The notes under the pieces were generated by a model. The model searched no databases. It worked only from the letters and a program-made list of their open reading frames with translations, and was not told the origin of the DNA. A stretch of DNA of 64,000 bases from Escherichia coli (lineage in GTDB: Bacteria > Pseudomonadota > Gammaproteobacteria > Enterobacterales > Enterobacteriaceae), in NCBI RefSeq assembly GCF_003334355.1, contig NZ_QOWP01000023.1, one strand, 5' to 3'. The translations under genes and the position numbers were made by a program. The stretch's first letter is position 1; each line of letters begins with the position of its first letter. Positions 33,048 through 43,920 of this stretch are shown here, in pieces.

Positions 33048-33074
33048 CCCATTACTACAAGAAAGGAAATCGTT

Positions 33075-34091
33075 ATGTCCACATTACGCCTGCTCATCTC
33101 TGACTCTTACGACCCGTGGTTTAACCTGGCGGTGGAGGAGTGTATTTTTCGCCAGATGCCCGCCACGCAGCGCGTTCTGTTTCTCTGGCGCAATGCCGAC
33201 ACGGTAGTGATTGGTCGCGCGCAGAACCCGTGGAAAGAGTGTAATACCCGGCGGATGGAAGAAGATAACGTCCGCCTGGCACGGCGCAGTAGCGGTGGCG
33301 GCGCGGTGTTCCACGATCTCGGCAATACCTGCTTTACCTTTATGGCTGGCAAGCCGGAGTACGATAAAACCATCTCCACGTCGATTGTGCTCAATGCGCT
33401 GAACGCGCTTGGCGTCAGCGCCGAAGCGTCCGGGCGTAACGATCTGGTGGTGAAAACCGCCGAAGGCGACCGCAAAGTCTCAGGATCGGCCTATCGCGAA
33501 ACCAAAGATCGTGGCTTCCACCACGGCACCTTGCTGCTCAATGCCGACCTTAGCCGCCTGGCAAACTATCTCAATCCGGATAAAAAGAAACTGGCGGCGA
33601 AAGGCATTACCTCAGTGCGTTCCCGCGTGACCAACCTCACCGAGCTGCTGCCGGGGATCACCCATGAGCAGGTTTGCGAGGCCATAACCAAGGCCTTTTT
33701 CGCCCATTATGGCGAGCGTGTAGAAGCGGAAATCATCTCCCCGGACAAAACGCCAGACTTGCCAAACTTCGCCGAAACCTTTGCCCGTCAGAGTAGCTGG
33801 GAATGGAACTTCGGTCAGGCTCCGGCATTCTCGCATCTGCTGGATGAACGCTTTAGCTGGGGCGGCGTGGAACTGCATTTCGACGTTGAAAAAGGCCATA
33901 TCACCCGCGCCCAGGTGTTTACCGACAGCCTCAACCCCGCGCCGCTGGAAGCCCTCGCCGGGCGACTGCAAGGCTGCCTGTACCGCGCGGATATGCTGCA
34001 ACAAGAGTGCGAAGCGCTGTTGGTTGACTTCCCGGACCAGGAAAAAGAGCTACGGAAGTTGTCGACGTGGATAGCGGGGGCGGTAAGGTAA
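33075..34091 (+). CDS. lplA: Lipoate-protein ligase A (338 aa)
   Basis: [57 protein letters not shown]... Confidence 0.95.
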
Positions 34092-34122
34092 CTCGCTGAT
34101 TAAAATATCCAGGGAAGGAAAT

Positions 34123-34386
34123 ATGATCGATCTGGAAAACCAGGAACGGGAGATTATCAATTTAATGTTCAGCCAGCGTATTTCCTGGCTAGCCGCCGTG
34201 CGTATCAGGCATAAATTATCGCTTGCTGAAGTAAGTAAAATGTTAGGTATCTCGATTAATTCTCTAAAACAGATCGAAAAGACGGAACGGCTTAGCTCAA
34301 ACATCAAAAGCAAAATGGCAGAAATTTATGGTTGTCCACCAGAGTTGCTGATATGCCCTTCCTGGATGACGGCTGAACATAAATGA
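34123..34386 (+). CDS. Orphan XRE/Cro-type helix-turn-helix protein (87 aa) in a strain-variable AT-rich islet
   Basis: Purine-rich RBS agggaaggaa (34111-34120). The HTH core is RHKLSLAEVSKMLGISINSLKQIEKTER, followed by ..KMAEIYGCPPELLI. GC is about 41% (108/260 counted). Confidence 0.55.
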   Translation: MIDLENQEREIINLMFSQRISWLAAVRIRHKLSLAEVSKMLGISINSLKQIEKTERLSSNIKSKMAEIYGCPPELLICPSWMTAEHK

Positions 34387-34412
34387 ATAGATTCGTGAAT
34401 AGATACTTGAAT
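34383..34412 (+). repeat. Three TGAAT-containing direct repeats at exact 12-bp phasing
   Basis: aTGAATAGATtc / gTGAATAGATac / tTGAATGTATtt, with TGAAT starting at 34384, 34396 and 34408. Confidence 0.8.
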
Positions 34413-34471
34413 GTATTTTATTTTTTATCTATATGAAAAATAATAGTAAATCTATAAATCAGTTGCTATTG

Positions 34472-34483
34472 ATGAATAGATAC
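34472..34483 (+). repeat. Fourth copy of the ATGAATAGATAC 12-mer
   Basis: atgaatagatac at 34472-34483. It is identical over 11 nt to 34396-34406. Confidence 0.8.
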
Positions 34484-34513
34484 TAAAAGCCGGAGCAGTC
34501 TCCCACTCCGGCT
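34484..34513 (-). terminator. deo operon terminator downstream of deoD
   Basis: agccggag (34488-34495) pairs with ctccggct (34506-34513). The minus-strand transcript continues with UUUU. Confidence 0.75.
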
Positions 34514-34545
34514 TAACACGACAATCGCCTTTCAGCGAAACACAA

Positions 34546-35265
34546 TTACTCTTTATCGCCCAGCAGAACGGATTCCAGTGCGATTTTGATCATGTCGTTG
34601 AAGGTGGTCTGACGCTCAGCGGCAGTGGTCTGCTCGTGAGTGCGGATGTGGTCAGACACGGTGCAGATGGTCAGGGCTTTCGCGCCAAATTCTGCAGCGA
34701 CGCCGTAGATACCAGCCGCTTCCATTTCCACGCCGAGGATGCCGTATTTTTCCATCACGTCGAACATTTCGCCGTCCGGAGAGTAGAACAGGTCAGCGGA
34801 GAACAGGTTACCAACGCGAGCATCAACGCCCAGTGCTTTAGCCGCGTCTACCGCGTTACGCACCATGTCAAAGTCAGCGATAGCGGCAAAGTCATGGTCT
34901 TTAAAACGGATACGGTTAACTTTGGAATCGGTGCAGGCACCCATACCGATAACGACGTCGCGCAGTTTTACGTGCGGCAGAACAGCGCCACAGGAGCCTA
35001 CGCGGATAATTTTCTTTACGCCGAAATCGGTGATCAGTTCTTTGGTGTAGATGGAGCAGGACGGGATACCCATACCGTGACCCATTACGGAAATTTTGCG
35101 GCCTTTGTAAGTACCGGTGAAGCCCAGCATACCGCGAACGTTGTTCACTTCACGGGCATCTTCAAGGAAAGTTTCAGCAATATACTTCGCACGCAGCGGG
35201 TCGCCTGGCATCAAAACTACGTCAGCGAAATCGCCCATTTCTGCATTAATGTGTGGGGTAGCCAT
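34546..35265 (-). CDS. deoD: Purine nucleoside phosphorylase DeoD (239 aa)
   Basis: [37 protein letters not shown]... Confidence 0.97.
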   Translation of the reverse strand: MATPHINAEMGDFADVVLMPGDPLRAKYIAETFLEDAREVNNVRGMLGFTGTYKGRKISVMGHGMGIPSCSIYTKELITDFGVKKIIRVGSCGAVLPHVKLRDVVIGMGACTDSKVNRIRFKDHDFAAIADFDMVRNAVDAAKALGVDARVGNLFSADLFYSPDGEMFDVMEKYGILGVEMEAAGIYGVAAEFGAKALTICTVSDHIRTHEQTTAAERQTTFNDMIKIALESVLLGDKE

Positions 35266-35292
35266 TGTTTTATCCTTATCAACATGTTTTCA

Positions 35293-35313
35293 CCCTCTCC
35301 CTGTGGGAGAGGG
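35293..35313 (-). other. Perfect 9-bp stem / 3-nt loop hairpin in the deoB-deoD spacer
   Basis: ccctctccc tgt gggagaggg, followed by ccggggtgaggg. This is a GC-rich box-like element in a 79-nt spacer. Confidence 0.6.
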
Positions 35314-35344
35314 CCGGGGTGAGGGCATCAAGCCGCACCCATTA

Positions 35345-36589
<1,245 letters not shown>

Positions 36590-36619
36590 TCAAATTTAAA
36601 TGATCAGATCAGTATACCG

Positions 36620-37942
36620 TTATTCGCTGATACGGCGATAGACAGTTGGTGTGCTTTCCGGTGCTTTATCGGCAAGTTTAATTGCCGCTTTCACCGCTTT
36701 CGCCGCTTCCTGCCAGCTGTTTTCGTCTTTCGCGTGGATAACCGCCAGCGGACGCTGACCGTCTACCTGGTCGCCCAAACGCGCCATATCAGTAAAGCCG
36801 ACGCTGTAATCAATGGTGTCAGATGCCTGACGACGACCGCCGCCCATTGCAACCACTGCCATCCCCAGCGCGCGGGTATCCATTTCACTGACAAAACCTT
36901 CGGTATCAGCATAGACTGCTTTCGTCAGCATCGCTGTCGGCAGATACTTCGCGTAGTTCTCAACGAAGTCGGTCGGGCCTTTTTGTGCCGCTACCATACG
37001 ACCAAAGACTTCTGCCGCTTTACCGTTGTCCAGCACCGCCTGCAATTTCGCGCGCGCTTCGGCGTCATCTTTCGCCAGTTTGCCGGAGATCAGCATCTCC
37101 ACGCACAGCGCCATCGTGACATCAAACAGACGCGGGTTACGATATTCACCCGTCAGGAACTGCACCGCTTCACGAACTTCAACCGCGTTACCTGCACTGG
37201 AGGCCAGTACCTGATTCATGTCGGTGAGCAGCGCGGTGGTGCGCACGCCAGCGCCGTTAGCCACGCCAACAATCGCTTCGGCAAGGGCTTCAGAGAGTTC
37301 GTAGGTCGGCATAAACGCGCCGCTACCCACTTTCACGTCCATCACCAGCGCGTCCAGACCTTCCGCCAGTTTCTTCGCCAGAATAGAGGCGGTGATCAGC
37401 GGGATGGAGTCCACGGTTGCGGTAATATCACGGGTCGCGTAGAAACGTTTATCCGCCGGAGCCAGTGAGCTGGTCTGACCGATAATCGCCACGCCGACGT
37501 CTTTAATAATTTCGCGGAAACGGTTGTCATCCGGGAAAATGTCGAAGCCAGGGATGGATTCCAGTTTGTCGAGCGTACCGCCAGTATGACCGAGGCCGCG
37601 ACCGGAGATCATCGGAATATAGCCGCCGCAGGCTGCGACCATCGGCCCCAACATCAGCGAAGTCACATCGCCGACGCCGCCGGTGGAGTGTTTATCAACA
37701 ATCGGGCCATTCAGATGCAGGCTTTTCCAGTCGAGAACGGTTCCTGAATCTCGCATCGCCATGGTCAGCGAGACACGCTCAGGCATTGTCATATCGTGGA
37801 AGAAAATGGTCATCGCGAGGGCGGCAATCTGCCCTTCGGAGATAGTGTTGTCGCGAATACCGTTGATAAAGAAACGAATTTCTTCATCGCTTAGCGCATG
37901 ACCATCACGTTTTTTACGAATAATTTCTTGTGCGAGAAACAA
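36620..37942 (-). CDS. deoA: Thymidine phosphorylase DeoA (440 aa)
   Basis: [48 protein letters not shown]... Confidence 0.97.
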
Positions 37943-37977
37943 GGTAACCTCCCGAGGAAAAGAGTATGAGGCGGCTT

Positions 37978-38054
37978 TTGCCGGATGCGTCTACGCCTTA
38001 TCCGGCCTACGGGTAGATACGTCTCGTAGGCCTGATAAGCGCAGCGCATCAGGC
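37978..38054. repeat. BIME (two REPs) in the deoC-deoA spacer
   Basis: tgccggatgcgtctacgccttatccggcctac (37978-38009) and gtaggcctgataagcgcagcgcatcaggcg (38025-38054). Confidence 0.85.
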
Positions 38055-38068
38055 GTAAAGCATCTTAC

Positions 38069-38848
38069 TTAGTAGCTGCTGGCGCTCTTACCGTCGCCGT
38101 GGCCCAGCGCTTTCAGCAGGCTTGCCAGCAGGCTGGAAGCACCAAAGCGGTAGTGACGCGCATCAGCCCAGTCAGCACCGAACAGTTCATCTGCGATGGC
38201 GAGATATTTCTGCGCATCTTCCGCAGTACGCACGCCGCCCGCCGGTTTGAAACCAACGGTTTTTTCTACGCCCATATCACGGATCACTTCCATCATGATG
38301 CGCGCGCTTTCCGGCGTCGCGTTCACAGCCACTTTACCGGTAGAGGTTTTGATGAAGTCCGCACCCGCTTTGATGGAGATTTCAGACGCTTTACGGATCA
38401 GCGCTTCGTCTTTCAGTTCGCCGGTTTCGATGATCACTTTCAGCAGTACATTCGCTGCCGCGCAAGCCTCTTTACAGGCTTTCACCAGGTCAAAACCAAC
38501 CTGCTCGTTACCCGCCATCAGCGCGCGGTACGGGAACACAACGTCAACTTCATCTGCACCGTAGGCGATTGCCGCACGGGTTTCTGCCAGCGCGATTTCG
38601 ATGTCATCGTTACCGTGTGGGAAGTTGGTTACCGTAGCGATTCGGATTTCCGGGGTGCCCTGCTCTTTCAGCGTTTTGCGAGCAATCGGGATAAAGCGAG
38701 GATAGATACAGATAGCGGCGGTATTGCCGACCGGAGTTTTGGCCTGATGACACAGAGCAATTACTTTCTCGTCGGTGTCGTCGTCATTCAGGGTGGTCAG
38801 GTCCATCAATTTCAGTGCACGCAGGCTGCTTGCTTTCAGATCAGTCAT
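38069..38848 (-). CDS. deoC: Deoxyribose-phosphate aldolase DeoC (259 aa)
   Basis: ORF 38069..38872; conserved start [29 protein letters not shown] at 38848. Confidence 0.96.
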
Positions 38849-38892
38849 TTCATTCTCCTGGCTTGTCGCCAATAAAATTCACCTTGCGAGTT

Positions 38893-38908
38893 TGTTAGTA
38901 TTCTAACA
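38893..38908. promoter_or_regulatory. DeoR operator O2 overlapping the deoP2 -10
   Basis: TGTTAGTATTCTAACA (15/16 to the TGTTAGAATTCTAACA palindrome). The minus strand contains TAGAAT. Confidence 0.85.
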
Positions 38909-38920
38909 TCTACTCCGCAA

Positions 38921-38941
38921 CACACTTCGATATACATCACA
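38921..38941 (-). promoter_or_regulatory. CRP site of deoP2 (CRP/CytR region)
   Basis: Minus strand reads TGTGATGTATATCGAAGTGTG, directly upstream of O2. Confidence 0.55.
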
Positions 38942-39105
38942 ATTAAGGAAATCTACTTACAAGTTTGCATCACTGTAATGCGATCTGGTTCAAATAATTC
39001 ACTTTCAAATGAATGCGTCAGTGGTGGCAAACGCATCAGGATCAAAGTGAACATCACGAAACTTCTTACAATGGCGCATCACCTTCGGCATAAAAGGAAA
39101 AGAAG

Positions 39106-40656
39106 ATGCCCACTTCTGATGAAAATGCACTGCAACAACGTTGCCAGCAAATTGTCACCAGCCCAGTGCTTAGCCCGGAGCAGAAGCGCCATTTTCTGGC
39201 ACTTGAAGCAGAAAACAATCTGCCTTATCCGCAGCTGCCTGCCGAAGCCCGCCGTGCGCTGGATGAGGGTGTAATCTGCGATATGTTTGAAGGTCATGCG
39301 CCGTACAAACCGCGCTATGTCTTACCCGATTACGCCCGTTTTCTGGCGAACGGTTCCGAATGGCTGGAGCTGGAAGGCGCGAAAGATCTTGATGACGCAC
39401 TCTCTCTGCTGACCATTCTTTACCACCACGTACCGTCGGTCACATCGATGCCGGTCTACCTGGGGCAACTGGATGCGTTGTTGCAACCGTATGTTAGAAT
39501 TCTAACACAAGACGAGATCGATATTCGAATAAAACGTTTCTGGCGTTACCTCGACAGAACCCTGCCAGACGCCTTTATGCACGCCAATATCGGCCCGTCT
39601 GATTCGCCCATTACCCGTGCAATCTTACGTGCAGACGCAGAGTTGAAGCAGGTTTCACCGAACCTGACCTTTATCTACGATCCTGAAATCACCCCTGATG
39701 ACCTACTGCTGGAAGTGGCGAAGAACATCTGTGAATGTAGCAAACCGCACATCGCCAACGGTCCGGTGCATGATAAAATTTTCACAAAAGGGGGCTACGG
39801 GATTGTGAGCTGTTACAACTCACTGCCGCTGGCGGGTGGTGGCAGCACGCTGGTACGCCTTAACCTGAAAGCCATTGCCGAGCGCAGCGAATCGCTGGAT
39901 GACTTCTTTACGCGCACTCTACCGCACTACTGCCAGCAGCAGATCGCCATCATTGATGCGCGGTGTGAATTCCTCTATCAACAATCACACTTCTTTGAGA
40001 ATAGCTTCCTGGTGAAAGAAGGGCTGATTAACCCTGAACGTTTTGTGCCAATGTTTGGCATGTATGGGCTGGCGGAAGCGGTTAACTTGCTGTGTGAGAA
40101 AGAAGGGATTGCCGCGCGCTACGGTAAAGAAGCCGCCGCAAATGAAGTGGGTTATCGCATCAGCGCGCAACTGGCGGAGTTTGTCGCCAATACCCCCGTG
40201 AAATATGGCTGGCAAAAACGCGCCATGTTACACGCACAGTCGGGGATCAGTTCCGATATCGGCACCACGCCGGGCGCGCGTTTACCCTATGGCGATGAGC
40301 CAGATCCGATCACCCATCTGCAAACTGTCGCCCCGCATCATGCTTATTATTATTCCGGCATCAGCGACATTCTGACGCTCGACGAAACCATCAAACGTAA
40401 TCCGCAGGCGCTGGTACAGCTTTGCCTCGGTGCCTTTAAAGCCGGAATGCGTGAATTTACCGCCAATGTCAGCGGTAACGATCTGGTTCGCGTTACCGGT
40501 TATATGGTGCGTTTGTCGGATTTAGAAAAATATCGCGCCGAAGGTTCACGCACCAACACCACCTGGCTGGGCGAAGAAGCCGCACGCAACACTCGTATTC
40601 TGGAACGCCAGCCGCGCGTGATAAGCCATGAACAGCAGATGCGCTTTAGTCAGTAA
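39106..40656 (+). CDS. yjjI: Short glycyl-radical-enzyme-like protein YjjI (516 aa), function unknown
   Basis: C-terminal glycyl-radical-type motif VRVTGY in ..[17 protein letters not shown]... It is followed by, and overlaps, an activase-type radical SAM gene. Confidence 0.9.
   Translation: MPTSDENALQQRCQQIVTSPVLSPEQKRHFLALEAENNLPYPQLPAEARRALDEGVICDMFEGHAPYKPRYVLPDYARFLANGSEWLELEGAKDLDDALSLLTILYHHVPSVTSMPVYLGQLDALLQPYVRILTQDEIDIRIKRFWRYLDRTLPDAFMHANIGPSDSPITRAILRADAELKQVSPNLTFIYDPEITPDDLLLEVAKNICECSKPHIANGPVHDKIFTKGGYGIVSCYNSLPLAGGGSTLVRLNLKAIAERSESLDDFFTRTLPHYCQQQIAIIDARCEFLYQQSHFFENSFLVKEGLINPERFVPMFGMYGLAEAVNLLCEKEGIAARYGKEAAANEVGYRISAQLAEFVANTPVKYGWQKRAMLHAQSGISSDIGTTPGARLPYGDEPDPITHLQTVAPHHAYYYSGISDILTLDETIKRNPQALVQLCLGAFKAGMREFTANVSGNDLVRVTGYMVRLSDLEKYRAEGSRTNTTWLGEEAARNTRILERQPRVISHEQQMRFSQ
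39492..39507. promoter_or_regulatory. DeoR operator O1 (deoP1 -10 region), inside the yjjI coding sequence
   Basis: Perfect palindrome TGTTAGAATTCTAACA. Its centre is exactly 599 bp from the O2 centre, matching the published O1-O2 distance. Confidence 0.9.
39771..39786. promoter_or_regulatory. DeoR operator OE, inside the yjjI coding sequence
   Basis: TGATAAAATTTTCACA (12/16 to consensus). Its centre is exactly 279 bp from the O1 centre, matching the published OE-O1 distance. Confidence 0.75.
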
Positions 40657-41491
40657 GATTATCCCCTTCTCCTGCGTTGACGGGCCAGGCAGTCGTCTGG
40701 CTCTGTTTTTGCAGGGCTGCAATCTGCGCTGCAAAAACTGTCACAATCCGTGGACGATGGGGCGCTGTAATCATTGCGGAGAGTGCGTGCCACAGTGTCC
40801 GCATCAGGCGTTGCAGATTGTTGACGGCAAAGTGGTGTGGAACGCTGCGGTCTGCGAGCAGTGTGATACCTGCCTGAAGAGGTGTCCGCAACATGCCACG
40901 CCGATGGCGCAATCCATGAGCGTGGACGAAGTGCTTAGCCATGTCCGCAAAGCGGTGCTGTTTATTGAAGGGATAACGGTAAGCGGCGGCGAAGCCACGA
41001 CCCAACTGCCGTTTGTAGTGGCGCTGTTTACTGCTATCAAAAACGATCCGCAACTGCGCCATCTCACCTGTCTGGTGGACAGTAACGGCATGTTGAGCGA
41101 AACCGGCTGGGAAAAATTACTCCCGGTGTGTGACGGCGCAATGCTCGATCTCAAAGCATGGGGTAGCGAATGTCATCAACAATTAACCGGACGCGATAAT
41201 CAGCAGATTAAGCGCAGCATCTGTTTGCTGGCAGAGCGCGGCAAGCTGGCGGAACTGCGTTTGCTGGTAATCCCTGGCCAGGTGGATTATTTGCAACACA
41301 TCGAAGAACTGGCGGCGTTTATCAAGGGACTTGGCGATGTTCCGGTACGCCTGAACGCGTTTCATGCCCACGGCGTGTATGGCGAGGCGCAAAGCTGGGC
41401 GAGCGCCACGCCGGAAGACGTTGAGCCGTTGGCTGATGCATTAAAGGTGCGCGGGGGGGGCCGGTTGATATTTCCGGCGCTGTATTTGTGA
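40628..41491 (+). CDS. yjjW: Glycyl-radical enzyme activase-type radical SAM protein YjjW (287 aa)
   Basis: Radical SAM motif CNLRCKNC plus two ferredoxin-like clusters ([24 protein letters not shown]). There is a 29-nt overlap with yjjI. Confidence 0.9.
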   Translation: MNSRCALVSKIIPFSCVDGPGSRLALFLQGCNLRCKNCHNPWTMGRCNHCGECVPQCPHQALQIVDGKVVWNAAVCEQCDTCLKRCPQHATPMAQSMSVDEVLSHVRKAVLFIEGITVSGGEATTQLPFVVALFTAIKNDPQLRHLTCLVDSNGMLSETGWEKLLPVCDGAMLDLKAWGSECHQQLTGRDNQQIKRSICLLAERGKLAELRLLVIPGQVDYLQHIEELAAFIKGLGDVPVRLNAFHAHGVYGEAQSWASATPEDVEPLADALKVRGGGRLIFPALYL

Positions 41492-41493
41492 CA

Positions 41494-41998
<505 letters not shown>

Positions 41999-42007
41999 AA
42001 GGGTAAA

Positions 42008-42790
42008 CTACCCACTAACGCTAAACAACGCATACGTATTATTAAGCAACACTTCGGCAATCTCATCTTCTGGTTCCGGGCGCAACTCGCAAAGCACGTC
42101 AAACACCCGCACAGCCTGTTCCGGTCGGTTAGGCTGCCCCTGAAAGCCGTTGAGCGGCATATCCGGCGCGTCGGTTTCCAGCAACAACGATGCCAGCGGT
42201 AATTTTGCGATGACATCGCGGGTTTTACTGGCGCGTGGATAGGTGATAGTACCGCCTACGCCGATTTTGTAGCCCAGCTGTACAAACCGCTCGGCCTGTT
42301 GCAGGCTGCCGGAAAAACCGTGAACCACGCCAGTGCACGGTAAATCGTGACGTTTAAGATGCATCGCCAGTTTGTCGTGTGTACGCCGGGAATGAAGGAT
42401 CACCGGCAGATCGTAGCGTTTCGCCAGTTTCAGCTGTTCGTCGAGTAACCACTGCTGCCTCTCAAATTGCGGATCGTCGCCGAAGAGATCCAGACCGATC
42501 TCCCCCACCGCCACCACCTTCGCCGGACGCCTTTCCAGCGCCTGCTGTAGCTGATCAAGAGACACATCGCTATGTTTTTCCAACATCCCCGGATGCAACC
42601 CCAATGCGGCATACAGCGGTTGATATTTTTCCGCTAACGCCTGCACGCGGGCAAAATTTTCCGCCTCTGTCGCCGGAACAATGATCTTGCCTACGCCCGC
42701 TTGTGCCGCGCGTTGCAGGCTGGCCTCTTCATCGCCACTAAACGGCGGGAAATCAAAATGGCAGTGGGTATCGATAAAACGGCAAATCAA
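42008..42790 (-). CDS. yjjV: TatD-family metal-dependent hydrolase YjjV (about 260 aa)
   Basis: HxH motif IDTHCHFD. The TTG start at 42790 overlaps the yjjU stop (TTGA). Confidence 0.88.
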   Translation of the reverse strand: MICRFIDTHCHFDFPPFSGDEEASLQRAAQAGVGKIIVPATEAENFARVQALAEKYQPLYAALGLHPGMLEKHSDVSLDQLQQALERRPAKVVAVGEIGLDLFGDDPQFERQQWLLDEQLKLAKRYDLPVILHSRRTHDKLAMHLKRHDLPCTGVVHGFSGSLQQAERFVQLGYKIGVGGTITYPRASKTRDVIAKLPLASLLLETDAPDMPLNGFQGQPNRPEQAVRVFDVLCELRPEPEDEIAEVLLNNTYALFSVSG

Positions 42791-43860
42791 GCCAGATCCT
42801 CATTGTTAAATGTCGGGTCGTTCGCCTGCGGAGCATCGCTCACTTCGGCAACCAGCGTATCGTTGGCGACTGGCGCAGGCGGAATAACGATCGATTCCGG
42901 CGTCACCACTGGCACCAGATGGCGGGTAAGCGGCGCTTTTTCAGTTAATAGCTTGCCAACCGTGGCGAGGAAATAACGACCGCATAAACGCCCAAGTTTA
43001 TAGTCTTCACGCAGCGCCGGAATCCGACTGCCAAGCGCGATACTATGTAATGGTTTCGGTGGATAAATTTCGAATATCCGCAGCTTGCCCGGTGGTTTCT
43101 CAATAAATTGCTGAATGTCACGATAGCTGGTTTCATGATGCTGCACCAGATTGACCAGCGGCTGCAGGCTACTGTCACCCAGCCAGCGTTCCATGCGTTT
43201 GAACCACTGCGGCGTGTAGTACATTTGTGACGGCACAGTGCGGATGACGACCAACGTTTTAGCGCCCTGCCTTGCCGCCTCTTTAACCGGAATCGCATCA
43301 CTGATCCCGCCATCCAGGTAGTTAATGCCTTCCAGCGACACTCCGCTACGATAAAAGCCAGGTATCGCACTGGAGGCGCGAATCACATCCAGCCAGTTTT
43401 GTTTGGTTGGTAAAAAGTAATTAGGCGCGTAGTCATCCTGACGACAGGCGCACATATAAAACGATTTGCCGCTGTCAAACAACCGCGCGGCGGTATCCAT
43501 TTGCAACGGCATCTGGCTTGCGGTGGCCTCCACCAGCCAGTCGAGATCGATAAGATTTCCTCCACGGACAAAGCGCAATGGATCGAAAAATTCGCGTTTT
43601 GTGGTATAGCACATGATGACTTTGCGCGCGTAACCGGGCTGATTGCAGATAAACGCCGAGAGGTTCTGCGCCCCGGCAGATGTGCCGAGATAAAGATCGA
43701 AAGGATTAAACTGCGCGCGCATAAACTCATCCAGCACGCCAGCCGTGAAAATTCCACGCTGTCCGCCGCCTTCGCACACCAGAGCTATTCGTCCAGGCTG
43801 GAACGGCCTTAGCGACAACGGCGCAATATTACCAAGCGTTACAGGTATTCGCTGCCCCAC
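42787..43860 (-). CDS. yjjU: Patatin-like phospholipase YjjU (357 aa)
   Basis: GTG start at 43860 (MGQRIPVTLGN..). It has the oxyanion motif GGGQRG, the nucleophile elbow GTSAG and the catalytic Asp motif DGG. Confidence 0.85.
   Translation of the reverse strand: MGQRIPVTLGNIAPLSLRPFQPGRIALVCEGGGQRGIFTAGVLDEFMRAQFNPFDLYLGTSAGAQNLSAFICNQPGYARKVIMCYTTKREFFDPLRFVRGGNLIDLDWLVEATASQMPLQMDTAARLFDSGKSFYMCACRQDDYAPNYFLPTKQNWLDVIRASSAIPGFYRSGVSLEGINYLDGGISDAIPVKEAARQGAKTLVVIRTVPSQMYYTPQWFKRMERWLGDSSLQPLVNLVQHHETSYRDIQQFIEKPPGKLRIFEIYPPKPLHSIALGSRIPALREDYKLGRLCGRYFLATVGKLLTEKAPLTRHLVPVVTPESIVIPPAPVANDTLVAEVSDAPQANDPTFNNEDLA
43530..43537 (-). other. Chi octamer 5'-GCTGGTGG-3' (minus strand)
   Basis: Plus strand reads ccaccagc. 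Confidence 0.85.
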
Positions 43861-43920
43861 CTCTGCCTTCCTGTTTTTGTTGTGAAAGAATGACAAAGTA
43901 ACGCAATTTATTATTCGCTA

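Noticed and set aside
34050-34313. An 87-codon minus-strand ORF overlapping the HTH ORF and the lplA 3' end.
   Set aside because: It has no RBS and no domain-like sequence, and it overlaps the lplA stop. The plus-strand frame has a clear HTH and an RBS, so it is the preferred reading.
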